Below, one piece after another: positions 13,124 through 25,100 of a stretch of 64,000 nucleotides of DNA. The notes beneath the pieces are model-generated. The model was not told the origin of the DNA. It saw nothing but the letters and a program-made list of their open reading frames with translations, and did no database searches. This DNA comes from Ascidiella aspersa (Eukaryota): positions 26,474,001 through 26,538,000 of the forward strand of contig OZ004615.1 of assembly GCA_963924565.1 (NCBI GenBank), written 5' to 3'. How positions within the stretch are numbered: position 1 is the first letter of the stretch; every line of letters starts with the position of its first letter. Position numbers and translations under genes: made by a program.

Positions 13124-16100
13124 ATGAAAAGTGAAATAATGAAACTAGCGACTGAACAAAAAGCTATAAAGTCGGAAATAAATGAGGTGAACGTTGTATT
13201 TTTTAACTAATTATTAAATTAATTCACAATTGTCTTTAAGTTTGTTTTGATGTGCATATTAAATCAATCCTGGAGCTGGTGTAGAATATTACCCTGACGT
13301 ACAATATTGGGGTTAGGCTGGGTCAAGTAGTATTATTAAATGTAAATATAATATTGCATGACCCAACCATACACAAACGCCTACTCGCACTCTAACCCAA
13401 ATAATGTGCGTTGATTTAATAATGGTGGTAGGATTTTAGACCAGCGCCCTAACCTGTTATCCATAAACACAATGTTTGAAGTGTTAGAGCAGTAGTTTTA
13501 CTCCGTCTTTAATTTTTCAGCAACTTGCGAATGTTGTGAAGAATTTGCAGCAGGAAATGTCGTTGAGCACGGACGGACACAATCGAATAACTTCTGACAG
13601 CCAGAATGCCCAGCAATTCATTTCTGTGCTTGAAGCAGGATTTATTCATGGATTGAAGGTTGTTATTTGTCCACCTTACTTTAATTTTTTTCTATTAATT
13701 GAAAAAAGTAACTGTCTGACTAAACATTAGACAGCTCCAACATTGTTTTTTACTTTTTTAGAAAATTTTAGTTGTACTGTGCATCTTTAATATATTTGTA
13801 CTTGTTTTAACATTTGCATGATCTTACTTTGGCGAATCGGGGTGTTTAGTTAGGGGTAAGAAGGCTGCTGACCCTATAGACGAGGGCCGACGGCTGCCTA
13901 AGTCTCTTACAAGTTCTTAATCCGACTCCAAAGGAGCAGGCCGCTAGAATACCTGTCCTTAACTTCTTGTACTCTAGACAAAGACACTTCACTCAGTAGA
14001 TGTTGCCCGTCGAGTATATTAACAAATCTCAGCAGTACATACGATAAACGGAGCGGTGATTCAAGCCGCTATTAGTAAGACGTATAAAATAGAATGAATG
14101 CGAAACGTTGAAAACGCACAATTCGGCGTTAGGTCACGCGTCAGTGAACAACGGTCATGTGTATGTGACGTCTAAGTAGGCTAACTGCTACAGAATCCCC
14201 CTTCCAATGAACAAGTCAGACGTAGGAAGGGTTGTTCATTAAAGAAAAAAGAGATCTGAAAGATTGATGTTAGCATATGGTTTGGGTGCGTGTCAAAAAC
14301 TTTGAGACACAAAGAGATATAGCATGCAAAAGGTAGTGAGCGAAACACATGTGTGGCGTAATAAGACAACAATATATTTACAACTCAACAGAGCAACGTT
14401 TTATGGGTGTTTTTATAATTTTTCGGTGGCGAGTTTTTAAAAGATTGTACACAAACGATATAAAAATACAATACAGGAAGCAATAAAGTGTTGGCTGTGC
14501 CGTGTATGGTCACAACAACTGAAATGGGCAGCTAATGGCTGTCTGTTTTGTAAACAATAAATGGTTTTGTTTGAACGAACCCTTTTAACGCGAATACATT
14601 TATGACGTACATTGATAAAATGCGATACATCGAATAATAGATACATGGCGATCAATTTCATGCACAATTCAGTAAGCTTAGCATTTGGCTTCGGGTATTT
14701 AGCAAACATATAATTTGGGCCTCTGTATCGCTATGTTAGCGCTGTCAGACACCAACTCTGTCAGCTGTAACGCTGCAGTTGTTAGTTTGTTAGTAAGGAG
14801 GGTCTGGTAGGGGTTAGGGGTACGTTAGAGGGAATAGGGTTGTTTGTGTTTGTGAAGGCATAGGAGTGAGTCGTCTAGCAATTATATGTAGTCGACTTCT
14901 TGCTGGAAGAATTTCCAGAATTGTTTGAAGTTTGCGTCCCACGCGGTATAATGATTTTTCAGTAAACGACGTGAATTTGTCATAGAATTCACTGGATACT
15001 GCTGTAGGTTGAACTTCGTTGCAGATAATGTGTGAAGCGTATTCACACCAGCTTATGCTTTGAAGCTCAATGGTATGTTTACGAAGTGCATTGTGAACGG
15101 CGTCGTTGGAGTAATCCGGAATTCCAACTGGTATAGGTCTTGTGTATAGGAAACGCCGTGAAAATAGGTAGACTTAGCTTGGGATATTCTTCTCAAGGAC
15201 GTCCATCAGATCGTCATCTGATGGGTGTGTCTCGAATATCTTATCGCCAGCGATAAGTTATTCCACTCGATATGTCATCCAAAGTCTAGGGTTCAGCGAA
15301 AGTGGTTTCTTTCGAATTAGGAAGAATTTCGCTGCAGGTTTGACGCGTAAAAAACGCTTGCGTTTTCAAAGTTGCACTTGTGTGTTCGTTGACGGCTCAG
15401 CTGTATTGCAGTGAGCTAAATTTGGACTTTGGCCTGTAGGTTATTGAGATCTCGTCCTACAAGGGAAGTCGATCCAGCGTGGGTTTTTAATTCTCCAGGG
15501 GAGATTGATGTTTGGGTGAAGCTAAAGTTAGTCCACCAGGTCGCAAACAAATGTCGTTGCTTTAAGACATTGTAGAAAACACCTGTTGATCGGTCCTGCT
15601 TCATAGTAGAAGGGCTCCGGGGTATTGATGATGTTGGTTTGCGAAAAGTATGCCTTGTCATTAAAATGCAGATTTGTTAGTTGTGCAGAAGTAGCTAACA
15701 GGTAAAATATTGAAAACAATTAAAGCACAAACAAAAATAGTCCGTGAAATCGTAGTCTGATGTCCTGTGACATTAACTAATCACGATATCTGGCTTGGAG
15801 GCGAATGTTACGTCCTCTAGATGTAGTCTGCTCCATCTGAGGTGGTGGGCAACTGTCTTCATCTTCGGTGACATCTGTTGAAATGTCGTTGCTATCTGAC
15901 GGCTGTCGTTGAACAGTTAACATAGCGTAGGCGGTTTTCAAGCGGTCAATGGAAACGTTGTCGGGTTTTCCATTTTTGTCAAGCTTGAAGTACTTGTCGC
16001 TTCTGTCAAGAACTTTATATGGCCCGTCATAGAGGGGGGCCAGACTTGGTTTTGAAGCGTCGTTCCTCACGTAGACGTGTTTGCAGGTCATCAATGCCTT

Positions 16101-19100
16101 GTCGACGTAGTTGGGCCTTTTGTTTCGCGGCCGTGTCGGCTTGTATCGCTGTTTGTCCATGTAGGCGCGAATTTTGCAAAGAATGCTTCCTGCTGTTGCC
16201 TCGCTTTCTGGCGGCGTAGTGGCAAAAACGTCATTTGGCAATTTTAGTGTTTGCCCGTAGAGGAGTTCTGCTGGCGAGCACTGTAGATCCTCTTTCCACG
16301 TTGATCGCAACTGCAGCATAATGAGCGGCAGGTTGTAGTACCAGTCCTCTGCTGAAGTCTGTGCTCTTAGACACGATTTTAGCTGTCTATGAAATCTTTC
16401 GATTTGGCCGTTGCTTTGTGGATGAAATGAGGTGGTTGTATTGTGTTTTATTCCCAAGTATTCCATTAGTTCCTTCCACTGGCGTGATGTGAACTGAGAT
16501 CCACGATCTGTGGTCAAAGTGTTGCATATTCCATATCTTGAAATCCAGGTGTGTAGAAAAGCTTCTAACACGGTTTCTGTTGTTATGTCTTTAAGAGGTG
16601 CAAATTCCGTCCATCTAGAAAAACGATTTGTCATGGTTAGAATGTACCTGTAACTGTTGCTGTTATTTAACGGTCCCACTATGTCTGCGTGCACACATTC
16701 AAATCTTCTCTCAACTGGTTGGAATCGTCCAATTGGAGTGAAATTGTGTCGTGTTACTTTGCAAGTCGCGCATTCGTGGCATTGTCTGGTCCAGATGCGA
16801 ACATGCTTCTTCATATGTGGCCATACGTAGCGTTTTGCAATCAGTTCGATGGTGGGTTTGATTCCTGGGTGGGTCACGGAGTGTAGAATCCGGAAGACGT
16901 GATGTCTGAACCCTTGCGGAATGTATATTCTTGGCACAGAGCTGGAAGTGTCACACCACAATTCCGTCTTCATGGTTGGTGGAGTGAGTTTTTGTAGCGA
17001 CATGCCAGTGCCGTTGTCCAATAGGGCTTTCAATTCTGGGTCTTCTTCTTGCGCTTGTGCGATGGCTTTCCAGTCGATCGCTTCCGTGTTGAGTTGAATG
17101 TGATTGAGCGCGTTTCTTGACAAGTGATCGGCTACGACGTTATCTTTTCCTGCTACATGCTCCATGGATGTGGCGAATTCGGCGATGAAGGCCAAGTGTC
17201 TCGCTTCTCGCGGAATTATGCGATCCGCATTCGATGTGAAAGCGTGAACGAGAGGCAAATGGTCGGTGAAAATCGTTGTTTCTCTCTCTCCAATGTAATA
17301 TATGAAGTGTTTCACCGCAAGGTAAATGCCAAGTAATTCGCGTCCAAACGCGGAATACTTTTGTTGGGTTTTGTTGAAAGCTTTTGAGAAAAAAGCTAAA
17401 GGTTCCCATTTTTGGTCTACACGTTGTTGTAGAACCGCGCCGCATCCAAGGTTTGAAGCGTCACTCGTTATTGACAGTGGTGCATCTAATAACGGATGAC
17501 AAAGTGAAACGGCGTCTGATAATTTGTCCTTTGAAGCTTGAAAGGCCTGTTTCTGTTCTTCGGTCCAGGTCAAGGCTTGTCTTGTTCCTTTGCGTTTTAG
17601 CATTGCATACAAGGGTGCTAGGGTTTCCGCGCACTTCGGTAAAAACCGATTAAAGTAGTTTAAGCTCCCTAAATGTTGTCGCAGTTGCCTTTGGGTCTTT
17701 GGGAGTTGAACTTTTTGCAGTGCCTGGATTCTGCGTTCTGGCGGTCGAATTCCTCTGCCTGAAATAACATGTCCGAGAAATTGCAATTCCCGTCTTGCGA
17801 GCTCACATTTCTTCGTGTTGACATAGAGATTGTATTCTGCGAGTCTGCCAAGCACACAACGTAAGTCAGTTTCGTGCTGTTCATCGTTTGTTGAAAATAC
17901 TAGGATGTCGTCTAGATATACCAGGCAGTTTGGTATTTCTTTTAGCACATCATTCATGAATGTTTGAAAGCATCCTGCAGCGTTTTTGAGGCCTTGTGGA
18001 AGTCTCGTCCAAGCAAATGGTTTTCTGCCTGGCGCAATTGTGGCCGTCTTATGCTGGTCTTCGCGCCTTACGCCGACGGAGTAATATGCGTCCTTTAAGT
18101 CTAGTTTCGAAAATATCGTCGATCCTCTGAGGAAATCTGTGCAATCTTGTATCATTGGGATTGCTTTGTTGGTGCTCGAATTTGTTGTGGCTAAGTTCAG
18201 TTTGCGAAAATCCACTGTGACGCGATATTTGCCGTTCGGTTTGGCAACTAAATTCACAGGGCTGCCCCATTCTGACTCGATCGGTCTTATTAGGCCTTGT
18301 TTTTCCCAAGTGTCGAGTTGTTCGTTTAGCGCTTTGAACTTTTCTGGGTGTAGGCGTCTGGGTTTCCCTTGAAAAGGTTTTCCCGTCGTTTCCAGCTTGA
18401 TCTGGTACTTGTGTATCGGGGGCTTGTGGTAATCTGGCTGTGGATTTATCAGTTCTGGAAAAGAACTGAGAATTCTGGCAAATCGTCGTTCGACCACGCT
18501 TTGTGGTTCCATTTGATCCGTTTGCATGTCAATAAGTTCATTCGTTGATGTGTTGCGTAGTTTTTGGTCGGCAATGCTCACATCAAGTGTGTTTTTGCCT
18601 AAAAAGTCACATCCAATAATTGGGTAGGCGACGTCGGCTACTATAAATGTATGTGTCATTTCCGTAGAAAATCCCAAATCTAAAGTTAGAGTTTTCTGTC
18701 CATACGTGTTAATTGGGGTTCCCGTCGTAGTGGAGAAATCACGCCTGTTGTCTGGCTTTGCGTGAGGTTGTGGACGAATGAAGGAAAATGGACTTCCACT
18801 GTTGACTAAATATCGTTGGCCTGTTTTTGTGTCCTTTACAAACGGCAAAGTAGCTGTTTCGTTTCTTGAAACGTGGTTGACCGACTGTTCCTTTGTAGGG
18901 TGATCCTGTGTCCAACAACAGGGAGCTTCGCAGGTTCTTGCCCGCGCGCCAAATTTTAAGTGTTTCCAACAATAACAGGAGTTATTTTGGAATGCGCGTC
19001 TTGAAGTCTGGGGTTGAGTCCAAATGCTTTTTCTTCTTGCTTGATGTTGAGAAGTTCTGTTTCTTCTTGGGTTCCAATTGGTGCTCGTGGAGAATTGCCT

Positions 19101-22100
19101 AGTCTTGGGCTTGACAGATTCTTGAACTTGAGTTGTAGTCTTCTCTTCTCTCATTCGTGTGATATCTAACAATATCTGGGAGAGTTGTTTTTGTATTGTT
19201 TTTTCTCCTTTGGTCTTTACCTTTGGTTCATTACTGCTGTCGTCACTGGTGTCATCAGATTCGCTGCTTTGTTCGCTGGTCTGATTATTCCATTCGCGGG
19301 ATTCCTTGCAAAGCTGGTCCGATTTTTGTGCTCTTGCGGCCAAGTCGTTCGGATCCAAGGCAGTTATGGTCGCGCGTTGCCATCTTGGGATTTCGTCGAT
19401 GAATTGTCTGTTGACTGAAGCCCTGATTTTGTCGATCTTTAATTCGTCCTCTCCTCCTATCACGCTGATGAGCCTTTCAGCGTAATGTGATGGTAGTTCT
19501 TTCTGTCTTCGCTTTGTTTTGGTCAGTCTGTCCAACCAACCTGATTCATTCTGGAGGCTATAAGCTTCTAACGTTGCCTTTTTTAGTGTTCCGTACTTGT
19601 CAGTTGTTTGCCTTCCCGCTTTCTTAATTTGAGTGTCCAAAACATGGAAACGAGGCATAGCTTCTGACAGTTGTTTGTATCGCGTTACGTCGGTTACTTT
19701 GTGTCGGTCAAAGATGTCGTCCACGAGGTCAAACCATTGTCTTACTTTCCCTTTGATCATATCGGGCACTGTGTAGTCAGGTTTTCGTTCCCTCTTGCGC
19801 TTGAACGGCTTCTTGCTGGTCTTGGACTTCTTTGACTTTCTTCTTTCTTCAGATGATGTTGAGGTGTCGTCACTCTCGTCAGATGAGGCGTCTGTTGTGT
19901 GGCGCCTTTCTTGGGAGGTCTGTTTTTCAGGTATCAACTGCTCTATTCGACTGGCTTCGTCTTTTTCAAGGCTTAGTTCCGCAATATTCTGCAGTCTAGA
20001 TGTGCTTGATTGGTCCTTAAGGACTCCAGGTGTGGAGAAGCGGTTTAGAAATGTTTGTGCCCGCTTTACTGCCAGCATACTGTTCTTCATTATTTCTCCC
20101 AATCGCCGTAACAGAGCACCAGATTCTTCTCGAAGTTGGTCTACTTCGATGTCGTTGTGATGTCCTTCTGTTTGCAGTGCTTTTTCCGCTTGCTCTTTGT
20201 GATCTTGCACCCGCATTTTTGATTGCTTTGCATCTTGGGGATGCTTGTCCAGTGACTGGATTTTTGTCAGCAAAGTCGGCTCCATTCCGTCAATATCAGT
20301 TGACGACTGAGCGCTTGTCTTTGACATAGTGCGTGTGGTGGGGTTAGTAGGTAGGGTTAATTGCAAAAATGATTAGTTTAGGTTAGGTCAGAGTTCGATT
20401 TCTGACAGAAAACAGAGGGCTTTTTTGTTAGCTACAGCGGTTAGAAAACCGGTCTCAGTTCGCGCGATCTATGCCGTGAGAAACCGGATGCTATTTCTGT
20501 GTTAGCCAAAACTCTGCTAAGCTTAACGCGACAGCTATGCGCTTAATATACAGCAGTGTACTTAAAATATACAGTGCCAATCCAACATTCATTCATGCAC
20601 AACGCACAACATACATTGGTCTTGAACTAATTATTCAATTAATTAACACAATACTTTTGCAGAAAAATTTGACAATTTATATTTTTGAAAATTCGACTTG
20701 CGAACTATAAGTAATCTTCGAACGAAAATCCCTTGTCTGTCTTACTAATTTAATAGTTGTGATGTGAAGAAAATCGCACGTCCTTCTGAAGTTCCCTGGG
20801 GCCGAGATCGTGTACGATGCCTGCTCCGCTCCTCCAAAATAATCCTTTGACGCTAGGTCGTCTTTAAGGTCGCACGCTGCCGGTGCGGGGAACGTGAAGA
20901 AATCCTGGGCTGTTCGTACGAGAGGATCTTCCCGGGGGCCGTTGAAAAGGCGATGTATCTTCTTCGCGGAGAGACGATTGACTGTCGTCTTACTGGTTGT
21001 CGAAATTTAAGTCCGTGTGCTTTTCTGAGACTTGCCTGCTGAAAAGTGCAGTGTTCGGTTCTTCGATACCTTCTGAAGAACAAGGGGGTCACCAGTTTGG
21101 CGAATCGGGGTGTTTAGTTAGGGGTAAGAAGGCTGCTGACCCTATAGACGAGGGCCGACGGCTGCCTAAGTCTCTTACAAGTTCTTAATCCGACTCCAAA
21201 GGAGCAGGCCGCTAGAATACCTGTCCTTAACTTCTTGTACTCTAGACAAAGACACTTCACTCAGTAGATGTTGCCCGTCGAGTATATTAACAAATCTCAG
21301 CAGTACATACGATAAACGGAGCGGTGATTCAAGCCGCTATTAGTAAGACGTATAAAATAGAATGAATGCGAAACGTTGAAAACGCACAATTCGGCGTTAG
21401 GTCACGCGTCAGTGAACAACGGTCACGTGTATGTGACGTCTAAGTAGGCTAACTGCTACATTACCTTCTACCAATTGCTTTGTAGGTTTCTTATTATGAA
21501 AAGAAACAAAGCAAAGGGTTGCCAAGACCCCAATTCTGGAATTTGGTTGCAAAAATAAGCCATAAAGATACTTTGAAACAGGTCAGTGTCTAAAGATTTA
21601 TTAGATTACTCTTTTGCAAACAAGGTTTTATTCTGTCCAAAACTAATTTTAATAAAATGATCTTGGTGCGGTATTAGGAAGACTTGGGGTTAACTATAAA
21701 TGAAATTATTCTTTTTAAAATTATTAAACATCTCTAATCTATTTGTTCAGGCGAAAAGTTTGAAGATGATAAAATCGACGATAGGTTTGTGTCGAGCTTG
21801 GCTGCGACTTGCGCTCAATGAAGAAGCGCTCACGTCATATTTATCGTCACTTCTCACAAGTTCAGAACACAAAACAATCCTCAACCGATACTACGACTCA
21901 TTTGCCCTGTTCCGTGACGCTGAACAGGTTTCTACTTTTGTAATATTTCAAACTTTATTCTTTAGACACAATTTTTACGATAATTTTATTTTATGCTCAG
22001 GCCGATATTTTCCTGCGATATTTGCAAGGTGCAGAGAACCTTGAGTTTGGGCTTGCCAGCAATTCATCGGTCCTCAACGTTTGGGTTCGAACCCCGCTTG

Positions 22101-25100
22101 AAATGGCAGGAATTATCGCACCAACAATGACCAAGTAAGTTGTGAACGGAAGTGGCTGCAAACAAACTGTTATATTCAGTGATCAGTCTTGTGTATAAGA
22201 TTTTTCTTTATTTTATCAACATCTTTAGTGACCTTACTTCATAGAATTTTTTTATGTAATTTTTTTTATTTTGAAAGCATGAAAAGTAAGGCAAACCCTT
22301 TTTGTCTTTTTTAAAAGATTGAAAAATCCTGTTTATCTGGTCATTTTTTGTAGGTTATAAAGTCATGGTAGCTCTTGTTATAAAAAAAAAACTAGTTGTT
22401 TTCACCCTAAAATCATGTGTTTAAAAATGATCAGTTGTTATTAAAAGATGTATGTATAAAATAAATAGAACAATACAGTTAAAAGCTAAAAAAGTGTTCC
22501 CTATTTTTTGACCTTTTAATATGTTTTACATTAACTTTTACTCTTTACCTGTTCATCCTAACAAACTTGACCCGACCTCTTGACCTCTATATGTTGACCT
22601 TTGACCCTTGGTGCGAGCCTTTGTCTTGTTGCTGTAGACCGCTCATCAACAACAATAATTATGGTGCGGCAAATGTGCCTAGACCGTCGCTGTGGCAACT
22701 CGGACGTCCTTCGTTTGACCACCGGGGGAGCTCATCATCAGGGAGCAGTCGTCACGGAAGTTTGCAAACACCGATCTCAGTTTCACCGACCGCCAGGTAA
22801 AATAATCGAGAGCATAAGATTTCTATCCAATAAATGAAAAGACATCCTGAGATTGAAAAATACAATTTCAAAGTAACAAATTTTGCCAATGTTTTTGTGG
22901 CATTCGTAATAGTGGCTTACACTTATATTTCTAACAGTTCAATTTATTATAAAATAAGCGTTTTTGGAAAATGCTTATGGGTGCCTAAGTTTTACGATCT
23001 TATTTTTGTTCTTTTGGCAAGGTCTTTTGATTGATAATTTGAGTGCAACAAATCAAATGTATTTTCCCTATTGTTTTTAGGATTTTATTGTAGTATTTCA
23101 GTTTTGTTTATGGTGAAATTACGACATTCCACTTAACTACAACTCCCCATGCAACAATTGTTTATTGTTTCTGGTGCAGCTTTTTTTTAGACTATGCAAT
23201 AGTATGGCAACAAATACCAACTTTATGTGTTTCAGTGAATCATCAGAGACGAATCATACTTCTTTATTGCCATTAAATAATGCCCTGTCGTTGCCGCCAA
23301 ATATTGCCGCATCATTGCCAGTTCAAGCCAGCAGATTGTCAGGTTTGAAAAACTTTATTTTAACTGGTAACTTTAATCCTTAGATCTCTTCTATGTAAGT
23401 TGAAGCACTAATCCAAATAATTTTTTTGCAGGAGATAAATATAACTTTTTGGTTTATTGTTTACACATTTTAACAACTGAAATGAACTTTTACCCATACA
23501 CAAATGCTCTGCAACATTTTGTCATTATTATATGGGCCGAAAATTTATTTTCGGGACATATCTTGTTTTTGCCGCTATTCTTTTTTGGTTTTTATGGTTT
23601 TTTATGGTTTGCTTGATATGTTTCAGACAGATTTTTGTCCAAAGCATTATAGAAAAAGTATACATCGTAGAACTTCGTAGAGCGGTATGAAGGTGCGATG
23701 TAGAGGTTTATGAGGCTGCACCCCTAGGCGCCTTCAACTGGGGGACAAAAAACAAAAGTGTGACGTAATCGTTTTAGTTCATAACAGCTATCTACTCCTA
23801 TCTAGCGGCAGAAAAACTTCCATACAGAATGCTTTCGTATCATTTGCTTTATTCAGCTCGCGTCGCGACGAAACGGTTGCTGGCATCCCTGCAGCGCCTT
23901 ATTGTCCCGTGCGTGCAGCGCTTTTGTTCGAAGTGGCTTGCCTACTAAAACTAGACGCATGCGACTTGCCTTTTATACAGGCCCCCTTAAATGAAAAAAC
24001 TTATTGCTCTTACAACACATCATTACCACGCAAATTTAAATGCGAATCCTTGAGGCAGTGGACACATCTCTGTTGCACCATTCAAACATATCAACACCAG
24101 GCCTAAACAAATATAATTATACAAGGGCCGCAACAAAGCTTAAGTTTAACGCATTCTAAGCGACGACGTTACAAAGCCAGGTCATAACATGGCGTCATAA
24201 ATAAATATTAAGAACACTGCGTTTATAGCAAACCATAGGCGTTAAACCATTTCAAGTCTTTAAGAGAATGACAATATTTGCTTTTTTTAAATGTTAGATG
24301 GCCGAAATGTAATAACATGGCCGTAAGCATTATCTACGTAAATTATATTTATCAAATATTTGTTTTGATCATTCCCCAAATACTACCACGCCATATTTGA
24401 ACCCTTTCGCATCAAAGCCAAAGTTAAGTGGAGAAGTTTTCGGCCCATTTCTGTTTTTGCTTGCAGAAACAAATTAGGGAAAAAAAATATAATATTAAAT
24501 ATACAATACAAAATATAAAATATCAAATAATAAAAAATAAAAAAAAAATAAAAAATAAAATTTTAAATTTAAAATTAAAAAAAACACCAAGCCCTGAAAA
24601 TATATTCCCTGACAAAATATACAACAACCGCACCCCCGTCTAGTTCTGTATTGAAAGGATAACATTATATTTTTAAATGGATCCCTGATGCTGTGTTGTT
24701 TTTGTTGGAATATCTTGTCGCTTGCTGCCCATTTGACCTGCTGCCCAGACCAGTGACAACCAACTCTAACGCCGCACTATTTTGATTGATTGAAAAATCT
24801 GGCAAAGTTTTTGTTAACGTAGTCATTTTGAAATACAGCATTAGCAGAAACAATACAACCACATTTCATATGATGATGTAGATCTTATTAAATGATGGCT
24901 TTGATTTTGCCACAAAAGTCTGCATAATATTTGCTTCAATTTGATTTTATTGTCATTTTGTGCTTGACTTGCAATTTTTCGAAACCTGGGAAATGTGGTT
25001 GAATTTTTTTGCCAAGTTTTTGTTGGTTGTTAAAACTTTGATAAATTATCTCCTGTATTTATCGCAAGCACATTTAATGAATTTTCAATTCAAACCCAAA

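Larger units (their letters stand above)
13828..21460 (-). mobile_element. Full-length Ty3/Gypsy LTR retrotransposon, CsRn1-like clade, antisense in PLEKHM1 intron 2
   Basis: Two 365-bp LTRs (13828-14192, 21096-21460) differing at one site (14158 T vs 21426 C). TSD TTAC on both sides. PBS TGGTGACCCC (tRNA-Trp 3' end). PPT GGAAGGGGGA. Single gag-pol ORF. Confidence 0.97.

Noticed and set aside
14206-15776. Calling an env gene in the CsRn1-like element
   Set aside because: No intact long ORF, furin/fusion motif or C-terminal TM segment was found; kept only as an unexplained region.
16019-20329. Plus-strand ORFs overlapping gag-pol, and similar antisense ORFs over other genes
   Set aside because: Short shadow ORFs of real coding sequence with no independent motifs.
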